Positions 1 to 11,857 of a stretch of DNA of 64,000 bases are shown here, in pieces (positions within the stretch are counted from its first letter, which is position 1; every line of letters begins with the position of its first letter). Under the pieces are notes generated by a model, which did not search any database, was not told the DNA's origin, and worked only from the letters and a program-made list of their open reading frames with translations. Source of the DNA: Fonticula alba ATCC 38817 (taxonomy: Eukaryota; Protista; Nucleariida); the NCBI GenBank assembly GCA_000388065.2, contig KB932205.1; one strand, given 5' to 3'. The translations under genes were made by a program, and so were the position numbers.

Positions 1-56
1 GGCAAGGCGCAGGCAGCGGCGGCGCAACTTGGTCCGGTTTGCTTCGTCCGGGGCAT
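1..56 (-). CDS. Possible 5' end of a gene running off the left edge, starting MPRTKQT (histone H3 N-tail-like)
   Basis: Minus-strand ATG at 56 reads MPRTKQTGPSCAAAACAL with no stop to the edge; RTKQT matches H3 residues 2-6. Alternatively the GTATGC at 58-53 is an intron donor and the match is chance. Confidence 0.2.
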   Translation of the reverse strand, partial: MPRTKQTGPSCAAAACAL

Positions 57-428
57 ACGATCATCAACAGGGAGCCGGGGGCGAAGACCGCTTGGGAGCT
101 ATCCGTTCCCGGGATTCCGGCCGCGACGCCGACCCACGCGCGCCGCTTCGGGGAGGGGGCGGAGGCTGGACAGGTTGGGAATGGGGGGTGCGGCTGATGT
201 TCTCCCGGGGGGGGGGGGGGGGGGGGGCAGCGGGGCCGGGCCAAACACGGAGCGTCGTCCCAACCTGCGGAAGAAAAATACGGGGTGCGAGGACATCTTC
301 GCCAATGCCCACCGCAAATGTCCCGAGAGACAAATTTGATTGAAAATACATCACGAAATGGCACTCTTCCGAGGGCCACATATCAAGCTGGAGGGCCTGG
401 GTCGCGACCCTCGCGGGACTGGGAGCAG

Positions 429-438
429 CTATTTAAGG
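429..438 (+). promoter_or_regulatory. TATA-like element CTATTTAAGG
   Basis: AT-rich TATTTAA in GC-rich DNA upstream of the putative snoRNA host transcript; the identical 10-mer lies upstream of the root-cap-like gene (63857-63866, minus). Confidence 0.35.
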
Positions 439-659
439 ACCTGCGGGGCGTGGGCGACCCCCCTCGTCGGCAGCATGCAGCGCACGCGCGCACTCGCCTG
501 TGTGCTTCTCTCCCTCCCCCTTTCCCCCTCCGGTGGCTGGCCCTGTGAATGGTACACACACACACACACACGCACGCACACCTTTCTGTCTCTCCACCGT
601 CGCTCTCCCTACTTCCCTCCCCCCCTCTCTCTCTCTCTCTCTCTCCCTCGCACACACCT

Positions 660-726
660 GGCCATGAGGACAAAACCTATGCGTTCCTGATTTCGGTGAC
701 GACTTTGTGATGCAATTCTGAAGGCC
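660..726 (+). ncRNA. Box C/D snoRNA candidate, SNORD96-like (5.8S rRNA guide)
   Basis: Box order C ATGAGGA (664-670), D' CTGA (687-690), C' GTGACGA (696-702), D CTGA (718-721), flanked by GGCC/GGCC. The 3' end TGCAATTCTGAAGG matches my recollection of vertebrate SNORD96. The D guide pairs with conserved 5.8S GAAUUGCA. It lies about 95 nt upstream of a pyrimidine-tract CAG acceptor (819-821). Confidence 0.6.
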
Positions 727-3700
727 TCCCATTCCTCTCCTCTCTTCTTGTCCCCTTCTCCCCCTTCTCCAGTAACTTACCCTCCTCCTCCTCCTCCTCT
801 CTTCTACTCTTCCTTTCTCAGGCATAGATGCATTCGAACATGCATCTGTCGCTGTCGCCGCCTCGCGCATGAGCGCGTACATGCGATATGGGTCCCTGCG
901 CCAGAGTCGCGGACGCGTGTTCCCTCTGGCCCTCTTTTTATTTTTCAATTGAAACTCCTGCGTGTGGGGGGCGGAGGGTCGGGGTGGGGGCGTTCAATTG
1001 GAGAGATCATGCATGGCGCGGCTCGCGCGCGGGTGGTGGTGGTGGGGGCGGGGGGGACCTGCTGGATGAATGTCCTGCGAGGGATCAGCTTTCTTCTCTT
1101 TGTCGTTCCGGGCGTCTACAGGAAAGCGCGTGGCGCTTTACCCCTCTCCTCCTCTGCCCTGAGCGCCCGCTGGCGTGCCCGTGTGTGTATGTGGAGGGGG
1201 GACACTCCAACGAAGACGCTAAAAATGAACACCGCAAGTGGCCATCAGTGTTGGATACTCTGGGCGATGAAGGCGGTCGTCTGTCCTGCCGAGGGAACAT
1301 AAAATCACGAGGCATCCCCAGGACAGAGTCCGTGATATGTCACCACGCGCCGCTCGGATGTATCACCCCGCACTCGGTGGCACCCGTCTCCATGTGAAAA
1401 CGGTGATCGGCCGACGCGGCAGGGAAAGGAGGTCGGCTTGGGAGGGGGCGTTCGTCGCTCCCACAGGCCGCTTCCCCCCCCCCCCCCGCCCCCCTTGGCG
1501 GGCTCACTTCAAGGGCTCCAGAAGCAAGAGCGGCGCACGAGCTGACCTGGGTCATTCTCCCAGGGGGCCAGGCTTGGGGACGAGGGAGGCCGGGGGGCAA
1601 CAGCGCCAGTCTGGTGGAGGCTGACCTTCCTGGCTACCGCACGCGCGAACGCCCTGCGGGCGAGAGTGCCACGCTGAGGGAGTGCCCAGCTGGGCCCATC
1701 ATCTCTCACCGGGGGGCGCGGCCAGCAGCCGGGGCGGCGGGGGGCGGGCGGGCGGGCGGGCGGACGAGTGAGAGTAATAGGCCCGAGTGGCCGGGCGTGA
1801 CCTGGGTACAAGAGGGCGTCGTTGTGGCGGGGGGGGGGGGGGGGGGGGCGGGGGGGGGGGAGGAAGGGGGGGGGAAAAAAAGACAGGGGGGGGCCACAGT
1901 GCGCGAAGCATGGAGAGGGATCTCCCCAGTCTGTGCCTTCACCATCTTGTCGGATGACAAGGGAAGGGGGGGTGTCCTGGCCCCGGTCCAGGACCATGCG
2001 CGATATTCCTCCAACCGGATGGGCCTGAAAAACAGGCGATCAACCATTTTCTGCTTGACCATCGAGGCCGGGAGGGGGGGGGGGGGGATGTTTGGATCTC
2101 GAGGAACGTGTTGCCAGTGGTACTCGAGGGTCAGAACCCAGACCGAGGGGGGGCCGCAGGTCGGGGCGAAGCTCAGCGAGGAATCGGACGACCGTGCCTG
2201 TCGGGGCTTGGCGCCAAGAGCTTTCAGGTCTACAGTTTGGGAGACAGCGTCCGTCCTGCTAACATGTGCACAGGGGGGCCCTTGGGCCGTGGCCGCGGCT
2301 CGCCCCGCCCCCCGAGCAGGCGGCTGTCGTGCGTATTGGGGGTCCGACCAAAAGTCGACCCGCTGCGAAGCGCACTGGGCGAAGGTGCGGAGGATGCCCC
2401 TGGCGCTTCGGTGGCCCTTCACGGGGCGGAGCAGCCACCGCCCTGGCCCATCGGAGCGCCGGGAACCAGACGCAGGCCCGCGTCCTCAGACCTTTCGTCC
2501 CCCCTCCCCCCCCCTTGTGGTGCGGGGACACAGCTTGGCTCCCTTTCGGTCTGCCCTCCCGCCGCGCCCCCTCGCCCCCCACGGCGTGCGGGCTCCGCGG
2601 GCCGGTACACGGGGCGGGGGCATAGCCGGGTCATTTCACAGAGTCCAGAGCCAGCCAAGTCGATTCACGTGCCGGTGCCGCCCGCCCGCTCCCAAGAACA
2701 AGCGGCCCATCATCTGCCAACACATCTCAGCTCAGGCCCCGGGGCGTTTCTTGCGGCGAGCCACTGTGCGCTCTGCTTTCCGCGGTATCCGGGCCTGGCC
2801 GAGTGGATTGGCACGACTGAGGCGGAGCCAGGTTGAGGGCGGGGGGGGGGGGACCGAATTAATACGCCCCCCTCCATCCCTGACAGAAGGTCGTCGTCTG
2901 CGCAAGACAAGCTCGTTGCCTCCGAGCAGGGGTGGCTGGGCAACGGCATGTCGTGCGGAATGTGCGTCCCTTCCTCGGTCCCGAGATTCTTGTGTGTGTG
3001 TGTGGGGGGGGGGCACGGCACCTGCGCACACGTTGGGGTGCCCCCTGTCGCCGCCCTTCCGCCACGCGCGCCGGCCCCGAGCAGGGAGAGGGGTCCTGCA
3101 TGGAAGGCCCGAGAGAGAGGGGCGGGAGGGGCGCACCGATCGGCAGGGCTCCTCCGCCTAATGGCGCATGTCTCGCGCCCGATTGGGTGTGCGAAGGTCG
3201 GGGTTCTCGCGGTCCCGGCACCCGCCGAGATACGGGCCAGCAAATGGTCCCACGCAGGCCCCCCCCCCCCCGCTCTGCCCCGCCCCACCTGTAGAGGACC
3301 ACAGGGACGGGGGGGGGGGACGGGGCTAACGAGAGGCGGGGAACTGGCTATGGAAGTCCCCGGTTGCAGGCTGAAAATAGCCCCAGGGAGAGACATAGGC
3401 ACGGCAGGGGGGGGGGGGGGGGGCGGGGGCACGCTCACACGAGGGCCCCGCCAGTCGGCACCCCAGAAGCAAGGCTCCCGCGGCGGTCTGGCGCGCTCCA
3501 GAGAGTGCCCGACCGGCGCCTTTTTCCCACACATCCCCCCGTTTGTCCGCCCCAGGGAAGCTGGCCCCCTCGGCCCTTCGGTTCCTGGGGCACCGGGGCC
3601 CCTCCCGTTCAAGCATGGCAATCTGGCCCCGCCCGGGGGGGGGGGGGGGGGGGGGTGTCGACACTCTTGCCTCAACGGCCGCTCCCCCAGAGCCGAACAC

Positions 3701-4045
3701 CCCATCCCACCCCACCCCGCCACTCTTCACCTCCTCCCACCTCCTCCCACCCCTGTCCCTTTGACGCTCTCTTCTCGGCCCCGCTGCCTGCCGGGTCTGA
3801 TTGTCCTCCCCCCCCCCTCCCCTCCCTCCCCTAGGGGTGCCGTCAGCCCCCTGAGCGTGCCGCGTCCTCTCGCGCCGCTCCCGCTTTTTCTGGGTGTGCC
3901 TCCCCCTGTCTTTCTCTCTCTCTCTCCCTCTCTCTCCCTCTTTGCCCCCTGATCCCCTTCCCGGGAGCCATGCGCGCTGACCTCCTCCCCCTCCCTGCCC
4001 CCTTCGGCCCTTCTCCCTGCTCCCCATCTCGGCCCCAGTCCCAGG

Positions 4046-6015
4046 ATGGGTTTCTTCCGCGAGTCGCCTGCCCAGCAAATTGAGTCCTCCTCCAGCTGGT
4101 CACTGGATTTGACCGATGCCGACATCTTCGGCGCCAGCCCGGATGCCGGCGGGGAAACCGGCCCCCAAAGTGTCAACCTCTCCGACGAGCCTGCCTCCTC
4201 GACGACCGGCCCCGGGCGCCGGTCACGGGCCTCCCCCGGGGGCGAGCTCTTCCTCGGCAGCATGCCGATCGGTGATCTGCGCGACCGGATCCGCAGCACC
4301 GGTGTCCTGGAGGCCCTCCGGCAAAAGGGCTACTGGGATTTGACCCTCGAAACCGACCTCAGTGATCCGTTTGTCCACTCGTTCTTCATCTTTGCCAACG
4401 CCTCGTCCGGTCGCCGGGGCCCTTGCGACGCTCCGGGCCCGAGCGCCAGCGCCGATGCCAAGCCGCCGGGCACCACGACCGGCGGGGCTCCCGAGCGCCT
4501 GCTCCTGGTGCAAGTATGCTTCCGCGACATCAAGGACCCTGGGCAGCTGAAATATGCCCTTCATGTGCAGCCAACTCCCAGCCAGCTTCTGGCGCGGCGC
4601 GGACTCAGTCGCAGTCCCAGCGCCGCGAGCGTTGTCGACAACAGCACCGCCGGCGGGCTGGCGGCCGATGGCTCCAGCTCCGAGCCCCTCTCGACCAGCC
4701 AAACCCCCTCCCCCGTCGGCTCTCGATCGGCGTCGCGGTCCGACTCTGGGGCCCTGTCTGTCGGGGCCAATGGAAATGGCCCGGCCGCCGCCTCCTCCTC
4801 TTCCCTCAGCCCGGGGCAGGAGTACTTCGCGTCCTTCATCCTGCCCTTGGCTTCACAGCGCCTTCGTTTGCTTGGACTGGACTGGATGTTGCTCCAATCG
4901 CCCAATGAGAGCTTCTCCCCGACGCGGCCGGCGCTCCCCGGCCAAACACACCCCGGGCTTGGGATCCTCCGCCACATGGGGGATGTCATTGGATGGATTG
5001 CCTCCGAGCGTCTCCGGTGCGATGCGCTGGTCAATGCGCCGGCCCACTTCCACAATGCCTATATCTACTCGCGCTTTGGCTATGCCTTCGCCGATCCCGA
5101 GGTCCAGGCGGCCTTTAATGCCGTTGCTCGGGATTTGGACCGAGACCAGGAGGCCGCGGCGATTGTGGCTCGGCAAACCGCCGGGCGGGATGGCAACACG
5201 GCCACGGCCCCGATGACGGGTACCCCCTCCGGGACTCCATCCGAGTCTCCGAGCCCCCCTGCTCGACAGCACACCTACTCGGCGGTGGCTGCGTCTGGGC
5301 GTCGTGGGTCCGGTGTCCTGTCGAGCCGTGTGGGCTTGGCCCTGGTGGCGAATGCCGTCCTGCAGGGCCGTCTACGCCTGCGGTTGCCACAGATGCGCGA
5401 CATTTGCGGATGTCCCGATGGCTGCCCGGCCGCCATCGGGCCTGAGCAAGATCCCCCCGAAGACCCGGTGGTCATCTGGCGCCCCGAGGAACAGCTCTTC
5501 CCCCTGAGCCCGCGTTTCCGGACATACCTCACCAGCCGGCGGTACACCGAGCTCCGGGATGCCTTTGCTCGCCAGGCCCGGGCCTTCCGCTGGCCCGGGG
5601 CCCGGTCCCCCCCTCCGGCCCCGGCCAGTCTTTCGCGCACGGTCCTTGGATGGTTCACCGGTGAGCATGCGCTCGAGCCGGCGCCGGGTCTGTTTTACAT
5701 TGACTGGGATGCCTCGCTGGCCGATACCGCCCAGCTGGAGGCCGCCCTGAGCGTGGTGGATGCCACTCGCCTGTATCAGGCTCGCTTGGAGCAGCTCCTC
5801 CTGGACCGGCCATGTCGAGTGGTTGCCCCGGCCGGGGCGGCTGGCACTTCGGCCCCCATCACCGGCGTCGGGATCGACTCGCCGGCCGCCTCGCCGCCCT
5901 GTCCCAATATCGACGCCTCGTCGGCCAGCGCCCACCCCAGCCCGAGCCCCAGCGGCAATGTCGCCACCGGCACCGAGGCAGCAAATGCCGCGGCCACGGG
6001 GCCCTCTGCCTCGAT

Positions 6016-6054
<39 letters not shown>

Positions 6055-6232
6055 TCGAACCGAGTGCGGCACCGCCAGCCGAGCCAGCGCCAGCACGAGT
6101 GCCTCTCCCTCTTCAGATTCCCCTCTTTCCGTCGTGGCGGCCGCCAATGGTGGTGGTCCGGGGGGGACACAGCACAGCACGTATCCCCGGATGGGGCTTC
6201 TCTCGAATTTCCACTACCCGAGCGCCTCGTAG
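4046..6232 (+). CDS. Intronless 728-aa protein with a bacterial-type GNAT-like domain resembling the C-terminal domain of myxobacterial HDAC/AcuC-like proteins, interrupted by low-complexity inserts
   Basis: Uninterrupted ORF with coding-like codon use. Motifs LDWMLLQSP-x6-RPALPGQTHPGLG, DALVNAPAHFHNAYIYSRFGY, FADPE and WRPEEQLFPLS, separated by S/P/A/G-rich inserts. Family similarity is from memory. Confidence 0.75.
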
Positions 6233-7979
6233 ACAAAGTGTCCTTCTCCTCCTTCTCCTCCTCTTTCGTGCATTTGTACGTGTGCACGCGCGTATAGACG
6301 TACATCATACCTACCCCCCCCCCCCCGCTCCTCCTCTCTCTTTCGCTCCTTTCAACACATGTGTATGTGCGCTATTATTCGGGAGGGATGGTCTCTCGGG
6401 GGCCGGATGCAGGCGGGCGGGGGGAGCCGGTTCCCGGGCGAGATCTCCCGACTCCATGTGACGGACGAGTACACCCACACGTGCTCACACGCGGAGCCAA
6501 ACAAGGCCCTCTCGATCCGACGAGTCGTGCTCCTTGGATGGCGTGTGATCACATGAACACACCATGGTCCATGCAGTTAGGGTCGCAGAGGCCCGCCTGG
6601 TACCCCAGGGCGACATCGTGACCCGAGAACATGCGCGTGAGTATAGAATGCTATGGAGGCTTTCGCCTGTTCCAAGGGCAGGGCCCAGATCCGTCCGGCG
6701 AGGCGCCGGGGGCACTTTCGGAGGAATCTCCACACAATACAATCTCTTCTTGTTCCCGCGATCCCGTTTGTCCATCGGGCTCTTCCATATATGACTCATG
6801 TAACAGCCTGGAGGGGGGGGGGTGGCGGCTATGCGGAGAGCGCGGCATCGGCTGGGTCCACACGGGGCCGGGCCCGAGGGATGCCCCGACCACGCCCTGG
6901 GGCCGGGTCCTTAACCGACCGATGACACCCGGAGACGACGTCCCAGCGAAGAGGGCAACCACCGGCGGCCTGCTCCTGTGCGGCCGGAAGGCCGAGGCGG
7001 GGCGCAGGGGCACAGAACACTGGCAGCAAACGCGCCCCCCCCCCCCCCCCCCGCCTCTTCTGGGGCCTTGTGCATTGATGGTGGTCGGCCAGCCTGCCGG
7101 GGAATGTCCACCGCCGGGGGGCGCAGCCGATCACATTCGCGCGGTGGGCAACTGACGCGGCAGCCCATAAGTCAATAAGGTATTTTTATTTAGTATGATA
7201 AGCATGTGTGGGCACCCTTCTGTCCCCTGCCCTCGCCCGACCTTGGATCGTGTCCGCAGCCCCGGTCTCTGCGCTTGGCCCTTTGCCTTTTCCGGCGGGG
7301 AGGCCCGCCCGCCACGGGCCCACGCGGCGGGGGCGGCGTCTCCGGGACCGGGGCTAGGGGCCGCCGGGAAGCGGGGAGCAGGGCCCCCCTCCCCCCGCGG
7401 GGGCAGGAGCTGGGGGAAAGGCCAACAGAGGGTGAGAGAGACACCGAGAGAGCGAGAGGGAGACCGAGAGAGAGAGAGAGACGAGGAGCTCAACGTCCAC
7501 TGGCGCCATTTCCTCCTCGCCCTATCGGTCTGGCCTTCCCCCGGGCCTCAGGGGTACCTCCCCTGGGGGGACGCTCGAGGTGCTGGTTCCCCTCGCCCCT
7601 CAGTCCTGGCCCCACCGGCTAGCCGGGGGTCCAGAGTGGGGACGGGTGCTCCCGGCTGGCCGGCCGCGCCCGCGCGTCTGCAGTTTTATGGTGTGTACAT
7701 GCATGTATGCATGCACGCATGTGTGTGTGTGTGTGTGNNNNNNNNNNNNNNNNNNNNNNNNNNNNNNNNNNNNNNNNNNNNNNNNNNNNNNNNNNNNNNN
7801 NNNNNNNNNNNNNNNNNGCCGGAACCGGTGGCCGAAGAAGTGCGCCCTCAGGCGGGCAACCTGCAGGGGGGGAGGGCGTGGCAAGGGGGGAGGGGGGGGG
7901 GGGGGCCGGGTGTGGCCAGGCGGCCGGGTGACGAGGGGTCGCCCTCAAAAAAAAATCGGTCCGGGCGGGGCCGACGAAA

Positions 7980-8044
7980 GGCCATCAGGCCATTCTAGTG
8001 GGGATTGTTTTTTTCTGCCAATCGCAGAATGATCATCACATTCC
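7980..8044 (-). ncRNA. Box C/D (K-turn) RNA candidate
   Basis: Perfect C box GTGATGA (8039-8033) and D box CTGA (7988-7985) 44 nt apart in an AT-rich island. Internal helices UCAUUCU/AGAAUGG (G.U favours minus) and GAUUG/CAAUC. About 120 nt upstream of a strong minus-strand pyrimidine tract + CAG (7863-7861). Confidence 0.45.
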
Positions 8045-8748
8045 AGATTGAGATGCCCATTCCCGGGAAGGCACGCTCAGACCGCTGCTTTCCCCCCCCC
8101 CCCGCCCGCACATCCGGGCGCGTGAGGAGAAACCCGCGAAAAGTGCAAGGGGCGGACTCCGATACACATCGCGGCGAAGGGCTTCTGTCGCTGGGCCCTC
8201 TGTGTGTGCCCCCCCCCCCACCCCCCACCCCTTGTCCGTCCCGGTCGCACCCCCCTGGCCTCCCGGAGGCCGGGCTGAGATCTGCCCGTGCCATGCCCGT
8301 TTTGATTGGGGCCGGGGGTCGGCCAGGCGCGAGGCCAGGCAAGGCCCGCGGTCAGGCAGGGACTGACCACCGGAGGCCCTTCCCACACGAATATCGGCTC
8401 CCTCCCCCGGCCCCGGCCTCGGGCTGCCGGATGCGGTGGCCGTCAACTGGGCTTCCGTCGGCGGGGACCGGCCCCTGCCACCTTGGCATTGAAGGCCCCA
8501 CTCCCCCCTCCTCCCTCCCTCGCCAAGAGCCAGTCCCGCGCAGAGGCCTAAACTTGCGCGCGTGCGCGCGCGCCAAGCGAAGGACGCGGGCAGGGGGGAC
8601 ACGCCGCGCCGGTTCTCGCGTGGGCCTGGCCCTGGTGCTCGGGGCCATTGCCCCAGTCCCGTGTGTGATGGGCGTGGCTGGCTGCGAGGCTGCACGCCTC
8701 CTGCTGCTGCTGCGCATGCTTCTCCCCAGGGGCACGGCCGGCCCTCCG

Positions 8749-8854
8749 CACCAGCCGACCCAGACACCAGCCGACCCAGACACCAGCCGACCCCCTCACT
8801 TTCTGGAGACGCACCCACACCAACACACCGACACACCGACACACCGACACACCC
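8749..8854. repeat. Short tandem repeats: 16-bp CACCAGCCGACCCAGA x~2.8 and 8-bp ACACACCG x~4
   Basis: Directly visible units at 8749, 8765, 8781 and at 8823, 8831, 8839, 8847; no spacers. Confidence 0.85.
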
Positions 8855-9248
8855 ACACATAAACGGCGAATCATCCCCCCCCCCCATTCCGCCTCTGTTC
8901 AACACAGGACCCAACCCTCCTCCCGCCGGCCGATCGCCGGGGGCCATCAGCCCACTTCTCCACCGAGCCGGGGCAGCGCCCTTTTCGGACAGTGCCGGGC
9001 ACCAGTGCCACGCACGAAGCCCTCTTCCACCTCTTTCTTCGGTTGCCCCCTGCCCTCGCCTCGCCTTCCGTCCTCTTCTCCGCTCTCGTCACGCCCCCAC
9101 TCTCATCCATCCACCCCCTTTGCCTTTCCCGCCCCGCCGCCCCAACTCCCGTACGTGCCGCCTTCCGCGCCCCGGCCAAGATCTTCTCCTGATTCCCCCG
9201 CCCCCGTTGCCGGCCCCACCGCCCTCGACCGATGGCACACGACCCTCC

Positions 9249-9287
<39 letters not shown>

Positions 9288-9390
9288 TCCTGAACAGGTC
9301 GGTCGCGGCCCCCCCCCCCCCCCCCCCTCTCCCACTCTCCTCTGCCCTCGCGCACACGCGCACCCACACCCACACCCACACATCCCATCC

Positions 9391-11814
9391 ATGTCTACCT
9401 CCTCGCGGCAGAGCTCCCCGGCACCGGCTTCGCCGGTCAGCACCCAGAGCAGCTTGCAATTGGAGCCGGGTGCCACCGCCTCGCCGACCTCCTCCACAGC
9501 AAGCAGTGGCAGCATCGCCGGGCACTCGCCTCCCTCGGCCTCGATCTATCCCGCCATGTCCGAGAGCATGCCGGCCCTGGTGTCGGTCTCGACGCCGAAC
9601 CTGGCCCCGGCCTCCCAGCGGGTATCCTTCAGCAGCCTGGGCATCGAGCTGCCCGGGGAGACCGCCAGCGGGTCGGCCTCTTCGCCGGCCCTCGCGCCGC
9701 TGACCATCCCCTCGCCGTCGACCAGTGGCGGAGGCAACAGCCCCCGGTCGGCGCCAGCCGGCCAGCCGCCGGTGCCCTGCCGCCATGCGCTGTCCATCTC
9801 GGTGGAGGTCATCGAGGCCAAAGATCTCAAGGAGCGCTATGACACATACTGCACCATCACCGTCAACCAGGAGGAGAAGTTCCGCACCAAGTCCCAGCTC
9901 CTCACCCATGAGCCGGAGTTCAATGAGCAGTTCTATGTGTGCGTGTGCCTGGGCTCCTGGTATCCTGCTCGCCGCTCCCCCTCGGCCGGAGGGGTCGCAC
10001 GCAGCCACTGACCCGTCCTTTGTCCGTGCTCATTGCCCAGTCCGCTGGAGGTGGACTTCCGCGCGCTGGATGTTGTTCTTTGGGACGAGAAGCGCCTCAT
10101 CTCCGACCGGGCCCTCGGCCGGGTGTCCTTCACCAAGGACTTCCTCCGCATGCGCTCCGGCAAGATGCTCGAGCAGTGGTATCCCCTCAGCTCGCCCGGC
10201 TCCGACAGCGTGGTGTCCGGTGATGTGAAGCTCGAGATGGGTCTCATCCCGGGTGCCCAGCCGGGCGGCAACCACCGGCTGATTGTGAGCGGTGTGTACT
10301 CCTCCCTCCCTGTCTCGGTCTCTTCCTCTGTCTCTGCCCCGTCCCGCCCCGTTCCCCCGAGAGGCATTTCTCGATCTCTGCTGACGCCATTCGCCCCCTC
10401 CCTCCCTGCCGTGGCGGCGGTGCCGCGACCGCCCAGTGTCCGAGGCGCGCGACCTGCTGGGCCGCGACTCGGCCACTCCCCCGGACACCTATGTCACGCT
10501 GCACATGTTCCCCGACGAGCAGATGGCCCTGCCCACCCGGGCCACGCGTGTCTTCCTCCGGTCATCGGCCCCCAAGTTCCAGCAGACCTTCGAGTTTGAG
10601 TTCGCCGGCGATGTGGGCACCCACTCGCTGCATGTGGCCCTGTGGGACCATGCGCGCTACCCGGGCAACGACTTCATGGGACACTTCTCCGTATCCATGG
10701 CCGATCTGCCGGAAAACTGGACCATCAGCGAATGGTTCCCACTGCTGCCCCCGCCGTCGGGGCTGCTGCAGTCCCTTGGCATCAAGGCGGAGGATGGCCG
10801 GCCGCTGTCCTTCATCCCGCGCTTCCGGCGGAACCGCTCGAGCACCGGTGCGCCTACACACACACACACACACACGCACACATGCACACATATGCCCTTT
10901 CTCGTTCTCCCTCCCTCTCTGTTCCCCCTTCTATGTCTCCAGCACCGGGATCAGTGCCCTTCTTGCTCCCCCCCCCCTGACCTGTACATCTCCTCACCAC
11001 CACCGCCACCGCCATTGATTCAGGCGGCCTGTCGGAGCTTCTGTCCCGGCCGCGGACCTTTATTGAGTCCTTCCAGAAGGCCCCCCTGGACCAGGGGCCC
11101 ATGGCCCTGGCCGCCATGCGCGGGTCCATTCGTTTGCGCGTGAGCTACTCCGAGGAGTACATCCTCGAGCGGAGCCATTACCTGCCGCTGGTGCGGCACA
11201 TTTCCCGGCGGGACTTCCTCCTGTCGGCCATGCTCGGCCGGTGGTCGGCCGCCCGTGAAAGCCTGTCTCTGACGCTGATGCGAGTGTTCGATGAGAATGG
11301 CATCCTGGTGCCCTTCCTCCACTCGATGATTCGCGTGGAGCTGGCCCAGACCACCGACGTGAACACCCTCTTCCGTGCCAACTCTCTGGCCAGCAAGGGC
11401 ATCGACGTTTTCATGAAGGCATCTGGCCATGCGTTCCTGGTCAATACCATCGGCCAGCCGGTGCGGGATCTCATCCTGTCCAAGAAGTCCTTCGAGGTGC
11501 GTGTGCATTCCCCCTCCCCTACCGCTCCCGGGGGAGGGAGGTGGGGCAGTGGCCCCTGCTCGATCGAACAGGGGCCTTTTCAGCTGAGACCGGCAGCCCG
11601 GAGCCGCGTCTTTTGCTGCTGCTGCTGCCGCTGGCTTTCCTTCCCCCCCCCCCCCGGGCTGCCGCAGACACCAGCATGCCCCCCCACCCCCCCCCCCCCC
11701 TCCCCCCGCGGGAAGCCTCGGCGGGCGGTGGCGGGGGGGGCGTTTCCAGTGGGAACCGCAGAGGGTCCCCGCTGGGGCCGATGGTGGTGCATGGGGGTGC
11801 CGGTTGGGGGGGGT

Positions 11815-11857
<43 letters not shown>

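Noticed and set aside
1658-3363. RNase MRP-like words GGGCGAGAGTGCCACG (1658) and GGAAGTCCCCGG (3352)
   Set aside because: They are in the wrong order and 1.7 kb apart, the P8 stem is broken and no CR-V was found; likely chance in GC-rich DNA.
1614-3952. Long overlapping ORFs (515, 337, 334 aa) upstream of the GNAT-like gene; checked for an HDAC domain
   Set aside because: R/P/G/A-rich reads through poly-G runs with no HDAC motifs (GGxHHA, DxHxGDG); stops are simply rare at this GC content. The same applies to ORFs in 23979-30538 and 60781-62067.
8749-8854. Short direct repeats as a CRISPR-like array
   Set aside because: Head-to-tail units with no spacers, in a eukaryotic context.
11808-11856. 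Long G runs and N-gaps as a special repeat system or mobile element ends
   Set aside because: Nearly every gap is bounded by poly-G/C, consistent with short-read dropout; no TIRs, LTRs, TSDs or transposase/RT motifs were seen.
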